Below, in pieces: positions 53,439-63,936 of a stretch of 64,000 nucleotides of DNA. Where the stretch lies: assembly GCA_000965745.1 (NCBI GenBank), contig CP009479.1, positions 320,001 through 384,000 of the forward strand, given 5' to 3'. How positions within the stretch are numbered: position 1 is the stretch's first letter; each line of letters starts with the position of its first letter. The DNA is from an uncultured archaeon. Lineage in GTDB: Archaea > Thermoplasmatota > Thermoplasmata > Thermoplasmatales > Thermoplasmataceae. Position numbers and translations under genes: made by a program. The notes under the pieces are model-generated. The model was not told the origin of the DNA. It saw only the letters and a list, made by a program, of their open reading frames with translations, and did not search any database.

Positions 53439-54401
53439 TTATCCAAACAAGGAACCTAATCCTTCCGAAATGTTCTCGTCAACATTCCCTTCTTCTTTCT
53501 TTTCCTCTTGCTCTGGTTCTTCTTCTGCTTCCTCAGAAGCTTCTTCCTCGCCGCCAAGAGTGCCACTTAGGGCAGTGGCTTCCCTAATAGCTTTGAGTAT
53601 AAATAGTTCTATGTTGCTCTCATCCATGTATCCGCTCTCGAGAGCGAGCTGTTCAGCCTGGATCTTTGCCTTGAAAAGCAGATCGGGCAGAACCTCTGGG
53701 ACAATGAACATGGTTTCGAGTGCTACGCCTTTTGCTTCAGAGAATGCTTTTCCTATATCCCCAAGAATATCTTCCAGTTTGACTGAAAGGACATTCTTTG
53801 TGAATATAATGCCATCACTGTAAGCCCCTATTATATCGAGTCCAACGTTGATGGGCTTTATATCCAGTTTCTCCAGTATTTTCGCTTTGTCTCTGGGGAT
53901 TGGCTCTCCTTCCTTTACCAGAACGGTTTCCCCTTTGATCACTATCTTTCCCTTTTCAATTGCAGTCTTAAGACCCACTTTCTGGAATTCACTTATCATT
54001 GGGCCGGGCGGGAAACCGGTAACAGCCTCTTCAACAACTATATCCATTGGGGCAAGTTCTCCCCCTTTGGCCGGAGAATCCTGCCTTGTGTTGAATAGCA
54101 TATCGTAAATTGTCTTAGGATCCTTCTCCGACGTGAGAAGTGCTATCTGGCCATCACTATAATCCTTGAGAGACTGTATATTTTCCCTCTTTACCTTTTC
54201 AAGGGCGTTAAGAAACAGCCTCCTCCTAACAACTCTGAGGTTAACCTTGCCTTTCAGATCCCTCCTAATATTCTGGAGCTGCTGATTCCCGATACCCGTT
54301 ATATCAACTATTGCGACCACAGGGTGGGACTCAATTTCCTTCTTGAGTTCCTCAACGGCATCAACTTTCCACTGGGCAACTTTTGCCTGGTATTCGGTCA
54401 T
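53439..54401 (-). CDS. rpl10: 50S ribosomal protein L10 (P0)
   Basis: VAQWKVD, TGFPPGP, GLGSLFG. Confidence 0.97.
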   Translation of the reverse strand: MTEYQAKVAQWKVDAVEELKKEIESHPVVAIVDITGIGNQQLQNIRRDLKGKVNLRVVRRRLFLNALEKVKRENIQSLKDYSDGQIALLTSEKDPKTIYDMLFNTRQDSPAKGGELAPMDIVVEEAVTGFPPGPMISEFQKVGLKTAIEKGKIVIKGETVLVKEGEPIPRDKAKILEKLDIKPINVGLDIIGAYSDGIIFTKNVLSVKLEDILGDIGKAFSEAKGVALETMFIVPEVLPDLLFKAKIQAEQLALESGYMDESNIELFILKAIREATALSGTLGGEEEASEEAEEEPEQEEKKEEGNVDENISEGLGSLFG

Positions 54402-55063
54402 TTGTATTCCTCCATTTTAAGTCTTACAGCCTTGCCCATTGTCGTCTTAACATAAACTGAATCAATGTTGTTGTAGCCTTTTTCAAGCTTTCCTGCAAGC
54501 CTGGTTATAACTGCATCGACATTTTCAGCCAGATCTTCATCACTCATGTCTTTTGTGCCAACAGGAACATGAAGGGTTTTCTTATCTTTACTCCTGGCCC
54601 TTACCGTCTGTTTCAGATTAGCAATAAGGGGTGATGGGTCCTGCCCGGGAGGCAATGGCCTTGGCATCTTTCCCCTTGGGCCTAGAACCTGTCCCAGGGA
54701 CTTACCTATTGTTGCCATAAGTGTTGCCTCCGCAACAAAGAAATCGACGTCATTTGCCAGTTTCTTGAAGTCTTTCTTGTCATCTGCAAATTTTGTAACG
54801 TCTTCGGGACCGTACATGTAGTCTGCCAAATCCTTTCCCTTGTCCCTCATTTCCTCTGTTCCGATAACAGCGACTTTGTATTTCCTGCCTCTACCTTTTG
54901 GAAGCATAATCTCTTCATTCAGCCTGTTCTTTGGATCGCTGAGGTCAACCTCTTTCAGGTTTACCGCCATCTCAATGCTTTCCTGGAACTTCCTGTCTTT
55001 TGAAGATTGTTTTGCTTCTTTAACAGCTTCTATTGAAACACTGTTTGCCAAATAAATCACCAA
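54398..55063 (-). CDS. rpl1: 50S ribosomal protein L1 (start probably TTG 55051)
   Basis: RKFQESIEMAVNL, LGPRGKMP, YVKTTMG. Confidence 0.97.
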   Translation of the reverse strand: MVIYLANSVSIEAVKEAKQSSKDRKFQESIEMAVNLKEVDLSDPKNRLNEEIMLPKGRGRKYKVAVIGTEEMRDKGKDLADYMYGPEDVTKFADDKKDFKKLANDVDFFVAEATLMATIGKSLGQVLGPRGKMPRPLPPGQDPSPLIANLKQTVRARSKDKKTLHVPVGTKDMSDEDLAENVDAVITRLAGKLEKGYNNIDSVYVKTTMGKAVRLKMEEYK

Positions 55064-55064
55064 C

Positions 55065-55096
55065 CTGTAGTATAGCGAGCATTTGCTCTCCTACAG
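55065..55096 (-). promoter_or_regulatory. Candidate L1 autogenous-control mRNA element
   Basis: CUGUAG-GAG-AGC-AAAU-GCU-CGCUAUA-CUACAG hairpin with an asymmetric loop upstream of rpl1. Confidence 0.55.
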
Positions 55097-55097
55097 C

Positions 55098-55568
55098 TTA
55101 AATCTCAATTTTTCCGTTCTTAATAAGTGTTTGTATCTCCATTGGATCTTTTCCCTCGACGTTCAAGCCCAGGGAAACGCACGTGCCAATGACCTCCAGG
55201 ACTGCGCCCTTGAGATCGTATGCCATCATGCTGTCCATTTTAGCCTCTGCCACTTTCTTTATCTGTTCAATTGTCGCGTTGCCTGCAACCGTCTCCTTCC
55301 TGTTTGAGGCCCCCTTGGCAACGCCTACTTCTTTCTTGAGGAGTGCAGATGTCGGAGGTATTCCCACCTTGATCTCGTATTCCTTAGTATCAGGATTTGT
55401 AACAGTAACTGTAACTGGAACCTGCATTCCATCGAATGCTTTCGTTTTCTCGTTTATTTCCTTTATTATCTGACCAAGATTCAGCCCAAGGGGACCAAGA
55501 GCCGGGCCTATTGGGGGACCCGATGTTGCTTTTCCGCCTTCGACCATGGTTTCGACTGATTGTGCCAT
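55098..55568 (-). CDS. rpl11: 50S ribosomal protein L11
   Basis: VEGGKATSGPPIGPALGPLG. Confidence 0.97.
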   Translation of the reverse strand: MAQSVETMVEGGKATSGPPIGPALGPLGLNLGQIIKEINEKTKAFDGMQVPVTVTVTNPDTKEYEIKVGIPPTSALLKKEVGVAKGASNRKETVAGNATIEQIKKVAEAKMDSMMAYDLKGAVLEVIGTCVSLGLNVEGKDPMEIQTLIKNGKIEI

Positions 55569-55713
55569 TTATTTACACCTGCTTGCGCCGTCGTTAATGG
55601 TAAATACATTTTTTAACCTTTTGATTCTAACCCGAATTAATCTGAAAACTGGGTGAACCTATTTATTACTTGTATGATAACCCCGGGTCTATAGAATTCA
55701 TCGCGGGATTTCA

Positions 55714-56367
55714 ATGAATGTTGTGATTGAGGACGGAAGGCGTCTCGATAAATTCAGCCATCGGACAAGAGTCCTGGTAGACATATACAGGGCTACATCG
55801 ACAATACCAATCCTACTCAGAAACGGAGCAAGGGAAATCATCCCCACTGAGACCCTAGCAGAGGCCAGATTGATTAAAAGGGACAGACCCGACTGCGTCA
55901 TTGTCGGGGAGCGTTTTGGTTTCAAGGTCCCTGGATTCGATTACGGCAATTCTCCTTCACAGCTCCTTAACCTTGACTTCACCGGCAAGGTTGTAATTTT
56001 TACTTCCACAAACGGCACCAAGGTGCTCAAGAAGATAGTGGAAGGCGGGGAGGTGTTTATAGGGTCATTCATCAATGCCGACGCAACGTATGAAGCTCTC
56101 AAAGGAAAAGAGAGCGTTTCGATTGTAACTTCCAATAGGCCCGACGGGCGGGCAGAGGAAGACTACCTTTTTGCCGAATACCTGATGAAAAGGCTGAGAG
56201 GCGATGAAGTGTCCCTTACTGAATATGTGCGTCTCGTGAAGAAGAGTTCCGGTTCAAGATGGCTGAAAGTCATGGGTTTCTGGGGAGACATTTCTGCTTC
56301 CCTGACTCCCAACCTGGTTGATTTTCCTGTCATATACAGGGATGGAAAGATTATCAGATTTCAATGA
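55714..56367 (+). CDS. comB: 2-phosphosulfolactate phosphatase family
   Basis: VDIYRATST, GERFG..GFDYGNSP, TSTNGT, ED. Confidence 0.88.
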   Translation: MNVVIEDGRRLDKFSHRTRVLVDIYRATSTIPILLRNGAREIIPTETLAEARLIKRDRPDCVIVGERFGFKVPGFDYGNSPSQLLNLDFTGKVVIFTSTNGTKVLKKIVEGGEVFIGSFINADATYEALKGKESVSIVTSNRPDGRAEEDYLFAEYLMKRLRGDEVSLTEYVRLVKKSSGSRWLKVMGFWGDISASLTPNLVDFPVIYRDGKIIRFQ

Positions 56368-57028
56368 AATCCCCCTCTTTAAAACCCGACCCTCTGTGAC
56401 CTGCAAGATGTTCAAGGAGCAATCGTGCCCATTTGAGCTTTTTTTTCTTCACAGCAGGGTCTGATAGCTTTTCGGGATTTGGCCTGTCGAAATGAAAACC
56501 TGCCAGGATTATACCATCAGCACCGAAATGGTCAGCCAGAAATGCAGCCCTGTCCCCGTCGGTAAAACCGCCAAAATTGAATATGTTCCAGAGCGGTATG
56601 TTCTGGGTCGTTCCCACGAAAGTTCCTCCCGCAACTAGATCGAGGTTTTCCACTTCGCGCATATTGTCTCCGTGTGAGTGTATCACAACAGTGCTGCCCT
56701 GCGAAGCACAGGACATTATTTTGCCAATGTTTCCGTCCAGGTCGGTGACTATTATGTCAGGGCAGGGTTCAGCCTCGAGGAATGCCCCCAGAGCTGAGTC
56801 AGCCACAATTCTCAATCCAACTGGAATGCTGCCTAGTATGCTTCTGAGATTTTCACCATTTCCTATAACAACTGCCTTTTTGCCCTTTATTCGAACAAGA
56901 GGGGCCACAGTCGATTTATCACTTAGAATGGAAGAAAGTTTCAATGAGGAAAGATAATCCAGGCGCGGATCAAAAGAAAAATCGCTGATTATTCCCGAAT
57001 AGAAGCTCCACCAGTCTTTCAGGTTCAT
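56354..57028 (-). CDS. mptE: 6-hydroxymethyl-7,8-dihydropterin pyrophosphokinase (DUF115)
   Basis: VTDLDG, HSHGDN, NFGGFTDGDRA. Confidence 0.88.
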   Translation of the reverse strand: MNLKDWWSFYSGIISDFSFDPRLDYLSSLKLSSILSDKSTVAPLVRIKGKKAVVIGNGENLRSILGSIPVGLRIVADSALGAFLEAEPCPDIIVTDLDGNIGKIMSCASQGSTVVIHSHGDNMREVENLDLVAGGTFVGTTQNIPLWNIFNFGGFTDGDRAAFLADHFGADGIILAGFHFDRPNPEKLSDPAVKKKKLKWARLLLEHLAGHRGSGFKEGDFIEI

Positions 57029-58176
57029 TTCTCGTCAAAGAAGCTGGAGTTTCCGGACGATCCTACAGACCTTGACTCCCCTGACTGGCCATAATACTTG
57101 TGGACCATAGAGGAAAGCATTGCTATGACAAGTCCCATAACAAGGAAGAAAACGCTCACAATGGCATACGAGAACGTGATGAATCCCAGTATGAACCTTA
57201 TGTAGTTGATCATGCCGTACACAATGAACGCTATTGACAGTGAGAACATTAGGCCATACCAGATGCGCTGTATTCCTGCTTTCTTGGATGATGCCATATC
57301 TACTGCTGTTCCCACCTCTCTCGCGAATACAGCGGCGTATATCCACCACGTAAAAAGCGACAGAAATATCAGGAGCCCGTCAAGTGCGGAGTGGTCAGTC
57401 CTTCTTGCAATTGCGAAGCTGGATGCCAGTCCTGCGAATATGAGCATTGAGGAAATTACGTAGGAAAGGAAAAGGATCCTGGTTTCCTGGGCATACTCAC
57501 GCACTGACCCAAGAAGCTTCTTCGCGAATTTTCCAAGCTCAAAGCCTCTTTCAACGAAGTACGCGCCAAGGACAATCGTGACAAATGTCACTGCACCTAA
57601 GCTGGGGTCAACAAACTGGACCTTCGCAGCAAATATTGAGTAAAGTATGAAACCGAGTGATACCACACCATAAGTCAGGAAAACAAGACCTAGCGGGATT
57701 ATGAACTTGTTGACAAGCTTCTTGTCCTTCAATCCACGAACTATGTAGTAATACAGCGACTCTATGTTCTGGTTGTGCCTGACCATTATGTGCTTTACAT
57801 ACCTGATCTTGATCCTTGATACTATCACAGGAACTATGTAATCATCTTCTGCACCATCGGTTACAAGAATAAGATCATCAAAAGTTCCTTGCTGAAGCAT
57901 TTCCTCCAGCTGGGCGCTTAGTATTTCATCCGAATGCGTTCCAACGTCAACATCTCCGGTTATCAGGCCGATGTCAACGTCCTTGCCCTGCCTCTGCAGT
58001 TCCTCGTAATGCCTTATTGCACCGAAAAGCGCGTTTGCATCGGAATCCTCAGGGTCGCTGGTAATAAGTTTGATTGCAGCGTTATAGCACTCAGCGTAGC
58101 CAAGGATGGGACCTGTTATTCCCACCTTCTCCCCGTAGTCGTTATCCCGGTCCACGTTAAGTATGAGTGTTCTCAT
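57025..58176 (-). CDS. DUF373 family membrane protein
   Basis: LNVDRDNDYG, DPEDSDAN, VTDGAEDD. Confidence 0.9.
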   Translation of the reverse strand: MRTLILNVDRDNDYGEKVGITGPILGYAECYNAAIKLITSDPEDSDANALFGAIRHYEELQRQGKDVDIGLITGDVDVGTHSDEILSAQLEEMLQQGTFDDLILVTDGAEDDYIVPVIVSRIKIRYVKHIMVRHNQNIESLYYYIVRGLKDKKLVNKFIIPLGLVFLTYGVVSLGFILYSIFAAKVQFVDPSLGAVTFVTIVLGAYFVERGFELGKFAKKLLGSVREYAQETRILFLSYVISSMLIFAGLASSFAIARRTDHSALDGLLIFLSLFTWWIYAAVFAREVGTAVDMASSKKAGIQRIWYGLMFSLSIAFIVYGMINYIRFILGFITFSYAIVSVFFLVMGLVIAMLSSMVHKYYGQSGESRSVGSSGNSSFFDEK

Positions 58177-58423
58177 ATAGATCTGCTGTTCAGCGCCTGC
58201 TTTCACTGTATCAGTGTTAATAGGTATTTAGGCTTTATTGATTGCATTATGTCATACAATCCTACCTACACACTGCAGGATGACAGGCGGTAAATTTAAC
58301 ATATAATTTCAGAATATAAAGATATTGAAGTTTTGAATAATTCAAAGATCGTGCTTCTCAAAGCTTGAAATGCAACGAAATGACGAGTTTATCTGATTTT
58401 ACAGCGAAACACTGGCGCGACCC

Positions 58424-58639
58424 TTATTTTATCACATAGTAGCCTGCGCTTTTCTGCCTTGCTACCCTTTTTATGTAACCGTTTTTCTGCAGCTCCTGGA
58501 GAGATGAGGACACTATCCCCTTTCCAAGAGAAGCTGATTTCATAATATCGTCTGCTGTCTTCAGTTTGTCTTCTGAGACAGCGCCTATCTTCTTCATTGC
58601 CTCATATATCTTCTTAGTGTTTGCTGACATTTCCCCCAT
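58424..58639 (-). CDS. Small winged-helix DNA-binding protein
   Basis: KIYEAMKK...TADDIMK..SLGKGIVSSSLQELQKNGYIKR. Confidence 0.75.
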   Translation of the reverse strand: MGEMSANTKKIYEAMKKIGAVSEDKLKTADDIMKSASLGKGIVSSSLQELQKNGYIKRVARQKSAGYYVIK

Positions 58640-58947
58640 TTATTTACCTTTTTTAATATCACAATGTGTTATTTATTTGTTTATTGATGAAACTTCCCAG
58701 TTAAGCCCGCAGGCTCAGCAATCGACAAAAAACTGTTGCCGGAACTCAGTTCAGGGTTAAAAAACACATATATTTTTAAGGCAATTCGGTTCATGATGGT
58801 TGGATGCACACTGTCTCCCTGGCAGAATGAGTGCTAGAGCCCCAATAGCTTATCCTTATCATCATTTCTGCTTCATTTCGTCAATTGTTGAAATGAACAT
58901 CGTTAATTTTTATATAGTACCTGAATCTTCCACAATTAGGTGCATTA

Positions 58948-60003
58948 ATGTCAGGCATAGTATCGTACGGCTCCTACATCCCAAAGTACAGAATAAGGCC
59001 CGAGGAAATTGCGAGGGTCTGGGGAGAGGACGCCGAGAAGATAAAGAACGGAATATACGTTATAAGCAAATCAGTCCCATCCCCGGACGAGGATGTGGCC
59101 ACCATCTCAGTGGAAGCTGCAAGAAATGCGCTTAAAAGGAGGCCGATTAACCCGAAGCACATAGGGGCCATATACATAGGTTCCGAGTCCCATCCTTATG
59201 CTGTCAAGCCAACCGCGACGATCGTTGCTTCCGCATTGGGCGCGGATTTCAACCTGTTTTCAGCTGATTATGAGTTTGCCTGCAAGGCAGGGACCGCAGG
59301 AATGCAGAATGTAAAGGCTATGGTTGATGCGGGAAATATCAGTTATGGAATCGCCATAGGTTCAGATACTTCACAAGGTGCCCCTGGAGACGTTCTAGAA
59401 TATACTGCTTCTGCTGGAGGCACTGCTTTTCTAATAGGAGGCGAAGACGTAATTGCTGAGATAAACCATACCGCATCTGTTACTTCAGATACTCCAGATT
59501 TCTGGAGAAGGGAGGGGCAGCCGTACCCTACCCATGGCGAAAGGTTTACAGGCGAGCCGGCTTACTTCAAGCATACAAGGGCTGCTGCAGCCAGAATAAT
59601 GGAGATGGCAGGCACCAAGCCCGAAGATTATGATTATGCCGTTTTCCACCAGCCAAATGGGAAATTCCCGACAAGAGTGGCCAAGATTCTTGGCTTCAGG
59701 GAGGAACAGTATAAGGATGGCCTTCTCACACCGGTTATTGGGAACACGTATTCGGGTGCTATGATGACCGGCCTTTCAGCAATACTGGACAAGGCAAAGT
59801 CAGGAGACAGGATACTTGCTGTTTCATTCGGCTCAGGTGCCGGATCAGACGGCTTTGACATTACCGTAACCGATGCCATTGGAAAAATGGACCGCCACGC
59901 TGCTCCAACAATACAGGATATGCTGGACAATGTGAAATGGGTCGACTACTCGATCTATGCGAAGTTCAAGAAGAAGATAGTAGTGGGTGAGAATATTGCG
60001 TGA
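58948..60003 (+). CDS. Hydroxymethylglutaryl-CoA synthase
   Basis: [32 protein letters not shown]. Confidence 0.95.
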   Translation: MSGIVSYGSYIPKYRIRPEEIARVWGEDAEKIKNGIYVISKSVPSPDEDVATISVEAARNALKRRPINPKHIGAIYIGSESHPYAVKPTATIVASALGADFNLFSADYEFACKAGTAGMQNVKAMVDAGNISYGIAIGSDTSQGAPGDVLEYTASAGGTAFLIGGEDVIAEINHTASVTSDTPDFWRREGQPYPTHGERFTGEPAYFKHTRAAAARIMEMAGTKPEDYDYAVFHQPNGKFPTRVAKILGFREEQYKDGLLTPVIGNTYSGAMMTGLSAILDKAKSGDRILAVSFGSGAGSDGFDITVTDAIGKMDRHAAPTIQDMLDNVKWVDYSIYAKFKKKIVVGENIA

Positions 60004-61159
60004 TGTTTATATCATAGGTGCCGGAGAGACTAGGTACGGAGAGCTATGGGAGAGGTCACTGAGAGAGCTCGCCGTGGAGGCAGGCTTGAGAGCTATAGAG
60101 AATGCCGGCGTTTACAGCAGGGATGTTGAGATACTCTACGGGAGCAACAGCCTTGCGGGCATAATCAACGGGCAGGAGAATATCGGCTCGCTCATATCCG
60201 ATTTTGCCGGAATAGCGCATAACAACATTCCCGCTGTGAGAGTTGAAGCATCTTCTGCGTCCGGAGGGGCTGCATTAAGGGAAGCTTATCTAGCGATCAA
60301 GTCAGGGGAATACGACCTGATCATGGTAGGTGGGGTCGAGAAGATGACCGACATCTACGGCAATGAGCTCCTCAACATGATGGGTTCAATCCTTGACAGA
60401 GAGTGGGAATCCTTCTTTGGCGCAACCCCTGCCGCCATGGCTGCAATAGTGGCAAGGAAGTACATGAAGGACTTCAACGTGGAGAAGGAAGCGCTTTCGA
60501 TGATGTCCATCAATGACCATGAAAACGCATCAAAGAATCCAATGGCCCAGTACAAGAACAAGCTCACCCTCAAACAGGCCATGGGCGCAACAAACGTGGC
60601 AGAGCCGCTTACACTGATGGACTGCAGCCCGATAACGGACGGGGCATCCGCCATTCTGCTTGCCTCTGACAGATATATGAAAAAGAATAAGCTGGAAGGT
60701 GCAATGGTATTGGGGTCAGGCATCTCCCAGGATTACTTCGCCGTTCACAACCGGGAGTCGATATACACTCTCAATTCCGCGAAAATCGCAGCCAGGGAAG
60801 CTCTCAAGAAGGCGGGAAAAAAGCTTGACGACATATCACTCGTTGAGCTCCACGATTCCTACAGCATTTATGGGCTACTAGAGCTGGAGGATCTGGGATT
60901 CGCGGAAAAAGGGAAGGCCAAGCACCTTGTATATGAGGATATCAAGGCCGGAGGAAGAATCCCGGTAAACACTTCAGGGGGGCTTAAGGCCAAAGGATAT
61001 CCGCTCGGGGCGGTCGGTATATCCCAGGCAGTTGAGGCCTATGAACAGGTAATGGGAAAGGCTGGCCAGAGACAGTTGAAGAGTGTGGACTCCGTTCTTC
61101 TTCATAACATGGCAGGAACCGGCTCAACTTCCGTTGTCCATGTAATAGGAGGTGAATAA
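59987..61159 (+). CDS. Archaeal thiolase homolog with substituted catalytic motifs
   Basis: [22 protein letters not shown] are present, but the active-site motifs read EASSASG, HDSY and GYP. Confidence 0.9.
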   Translation: MRILRDVYIIGAGETRYGELWERSLRELAVEAGLRAIENAGVYSRDVEILYGSNSLAGIINGQENIGSLISDFAGIAHNNIPAVRVEASSASGGAALREAYLAIKSGEYDLIMVGGVEKMTDIYGNELLNMMGSILDREWESFFGATPAAMAAIVARKYMKDFNVEKEALSMMSINDHENASKNPMAQYKNKLTLKQAMGATNVAEPLTLMDCSPITDGASAILLASDRYMKKNKLEGAMVLGSGISQDYFAVHNRESIYTLNSAKIAAREALKKAGKKLDDISLVELHDSYSIYGLLELEDLGFAEKGKAKHLVYEDIKAGGRIPVNTSGGLKAKGYPLGAVGISQAVEAYEQVMGKAGQRQLKSVDSVLLHNMAGTGSTSVVHVIGGE

Positions 61160-61160
61160 T

Positions 61161-61562
61161 ATGGGTGAGCTTTCAAGATTCTGGAGAGAGAGCGACCACC
61201 GGTACAGGCTGGTGGCCCACAAGTGCGGCAACTGCGACAGGGTTTACTTCCCGCCCAGGGATGTCTGCCCGACATGCCACAGGGAGTCCGTAGGCAAGAT
61301 GGAGCCCATAGACCTTTCAGGAAAAGGGGAAGTTGTCTCGTATACCGTTGTGCATGAAGCTCCAACCCCATTCACGAGACAGAAACCATACATCCTCGCC
61401 ATAATTAAACTGGATGAGGGCCCCTCTCTGACAGGACAGATAGTCGATTCCGATCCGGAGGAAGTGGATATGGGTAAGCGTGTCCACTCAGTTTTCAGGA
61501 AAGTCGCAGAAGACGGAAAGAGCGGAATAATACAGTATGGATACAAGTTTGTTCTTGACTGA
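61161..61562 (+). CDS. DUF35 Zn-ribbon/OB-fold scaffold protein
   Basis: CGNC..YFPPR..CPTC, IQYGYKF. Confidence 0.93.
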   Translation: MGELSRFWRESDHRYRLVAHKCGNCDRVYFPPRDVCPTCHRESVGKMEPIDLSGKGEVVSYTVVHEAPTPFTRQKPYILAIIKLDEGPSLTGQIVDSDPEEVDMGKRVHSVFRKVAEDGKSGIIQYGYKFVLD

Positions 61563-61616
61563 TTTTTCTCAGTTCTTGAACAAACAAATTATATCCATCA
61601 ACCTTTTACTATATTT

Positions 61617-62099
61617 ATGACCAATAGGGCTTCAAAATACAGCAATGCCCTTGGCCTCTATGTCAATTGTGAGATCGACAACGGGTCAGTAAGCAGAGTG
61701 TTCGTCACCATGTCACCCCGGTTCGCGGAAGAAGGGAATGAAATTCTGGACAGGATATGCGAATACCTCTCTGGAGAAGCAGTTGACCTGTCTGATATCC
61801 CAATAGAGCCCCGGGGGACAGATTTCCAGAAGAAGGTGTGGTCAGCGCTCATGGATATCCCGAGAGGTGAGGTCCGGACATATTCTGAGATAGCAAGGGT
61901 TATTGGAAAACCAAAGGGTGCAAGGGCAGTTGGAAATGCCGTCGGATCAAACCACCTGTTGATTCTTGTCCCATGCCACAGGGTGGTCGCAAAACACGGG
62001 CTTGGGGGATTCTCTGCAGAAGGAGGCATTGAGACCAAGATGAAAATACTCGCCCTGGAAAAGGTACCTGCATCAGAAGTTGCAAAGATTGCCAGATAG
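61617..62099 (+). CDS. ogt: Methylated-DNA-protein-cysteine methyltransferase
   Basis: GTDFQKKVW, RAVGNA, VPCHRVV. Confidence 0.95.
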   Translation: MTNRASKYSNALGLYVNCEIDNGSVSRVFVTMSPRFAEEGNEILDRICEYLSGEAVDLSDIPIEPRGTDFQKKVWSALMDIPRGEVRTYSEIARVIGKPKGARAVGNAVGSNHLLILVPCHRVVAKHGLGGFSAEGGIETKMKILALEKVPASEVAKIAR

Positions 62100-62206
62100 G
62101 ATACTTTGGCTTTTTTCCTTGCTGGGCGTAATTCTGAAACCATCCCGCCATCTTATGATAGACTATCATTGGTAATGTTTTTGTACCGCTCGGTGATGTT
62201 TGGGCA

Positions 62207-63217
62207 ATGGATGATCAGGGCCGGGACGATGGTTTCATTTTCGATGCTTATCCTGAAATGGTGCCCTCAGGGCCATCGACATGGGAGAAGTTTTTCACTT
62301 TCCTTGTCTACATTACCTTTGCAACCGCCTTCATTTTCCTGGTAATGAGCATTTTCTTTACACTGGACCCTTCCTGGGGATCAAGCCTTACACAGCCAGT
62401 CAACCCGTTCATATTCATTCTCCTTATCGTTTTGTCGTTCCCTCAGGTTTCACTTTTATCAATTTTTGTGGTGATGTTCATACTCTACCTGATTTTCTTC
62501 TCATCGATGGTGTATGAGAACAGAAGAGAAAGAAAGAAGAAACTGCTTGACACGCCAATAGGATATTTCATCGCCGCAGCTACCGCGGTTGAAGTAGTAG
62601 TCGTGATTATCACCCTTCTTGAGCATTACTTCGGAACTCCAATCGGAGGAGGCGGGATAGATACTGAACTGAAGAACAACCCTCTTCTTGGCTACATGAG
62701 CCTCATATATGCACCGTTTGTTGAAGAGCTTGGGTTCAGGATCCTTCCGCTTGGAATATTTAGCGCCCTGCTCGTCTTATTTTCCATAAGGACCAGAGGG
62801 GAACATGCACCTGAAAGCATGAGAGACACCCTTCTGGCGATCATCCTGCCCGGGCACATAAGGAGAAAGTATGATCTCCCGCTCAGAGGTGCGGACTGGG
62901 TCCTCATTATCATTACAAGCATAATCTTTGGATATGCGCACATATTCTTTGGCGGATGGGATTGGGGCAAATTCATTCCGGTTTTCATAACGGGAATCGC
63001 ACTCGCAATTGGTTTCCTGAAATTCGGTGCCTATGTGGATATACCTTTCCACTGGTTCTTCAACGGTTTCCTCACCCTTTATAATATTGAGCCTTCACTT
63101 TACGGGGCAACAAACCTGCTTGTCATCTGGCTCCTTTTTGTTGGTGTTGTCAGCATCATTTCAATACTCATGTATGCGAGGGAAAGGCTCCGAAGGGGCG
63201 GGACCGCACCTGCTTAA
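62207..63217 (+). CDS. CPBP (CAAX/Abi) intramembrane metalloprotease
   Basis: APFVEELGFR, FGYAH, HWFFN. Confidence 0.88.
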   Translation: MDDQGRDDGFIFDAYPEMVPSGPSTWEKFFTFLVYITFATAFIFLVMSIFFTLDPSWGSSLTQPVNPFIFILLIVLSFPQVSLLSIFVVMFILYLIFFSSMVYENRRERKKKLLDTPIGYFIAAATAVEVVVVIITLLEHYFGTPIGGGGIDTELKNNPLLGYMSLIYAPFVEELGFRILPLGIFSALLVLFSIRTRGEHAPESMRDTLLAIILPGHIRRKYDLPLRGADWVLIIITSIIFGYAHIFFGGWDWGKFIPVFITGIALAIGFLKFGAYVDIPFHWFFNGFLTLYNIEPSLYGATNLLVIWLLFVGVVSIISILMYARERLRRGGTAPA

Positions 63218-63831
63218 CTCTTTCTGATTACCCTTTTTCCCTTTATTTCATAATTTCCATCCAGCACGAGTCCTACAGAATATACAAGGGCTTCATGCTC
63301 AACTGGATGTATCCGGTCTGCAAGTGATTCGGGCGTGTCATCATCCGCTACCTGAACAGTTCTCTGTTCGAGTATAGGGCCCCCGTCGACTTCTGCCGAG
63401 GTAAAATGAACTGTGCATCCTGAGATCCGTGCACCACTTTCCAGCACCGCTTCGTGCACCTTTGACCCGTAGAAGCCTTTCCCGCCAAAGCATGGGAGCA
63501 GGGATGGGTGGATATTGATTATCATGTTCTCGAACTTCCTGATGAATTCATCCGGAAGAATTTTCATGAATCCGCCTAGAACTATGAGGTCAGCGGACGA
63601 GTCTTCAATGAGCTTAGCTATAGTGTCGAAGTAAGTACCCCTGTTTTTGGCTGTTCTCGGGAACTCGACCGCGTTGATCCCATGATTTCTTGCCCTCGTA
63701 AGTGCGTATGCGTTTACGCGATCTGAAATTACAATGCTGATTTCAGCTTGCAGAATACCGGACTCGACAGCATCAATGACCGCCTGGAGATTTGTTCCGT
63801 TTCCCGAAGCCAGGAAAGCCAGTTTTTTCAT
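63214..63831 (-). CDS. purN: Phosphoribosylglycinamide formyltransferase
   Basis: ASGNGTNLQA, NIHPSLLP, GCTVH, DGGPI; ATG 63831. Confidence 0.96.
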   Translation of the reverse strand: MKKLAFLASGNGTNLQAVIDAVESGILQAEISIVISDRVNAYALTRARNHGINAVEFPRTAKNRGTYFDTIAKLIEDSSADLIVLGGFMKILPDEFIRKFENMIINIHPSLLPCFGGKGFYGSKVHEAVLESGARISGCTVHFTSAEVDGGPILEQRTVQVADDDTPESLADRIHPVEHEALVYSVGLVLDGNYEIKGKRVIRKS

Positions 63832-63936
63832 TACAGTTAGCTTATATGCGGATAAAGATAATAGTTTGTAATTCCAAGGAATGGTTAATATAAAAGAAGC
63901 AATGCTCATATTGACTTTCAAACAGAGTGTCTTCAA

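Noticed and set aside
48819-55568. secE-spt5 separated from and inverted relative to rpl11-rpl1-rpl10-rpl12
   Set aside because: Real, but as I recall a similar layout occurs in Thermoplasma, so it is unlikely to be novel.
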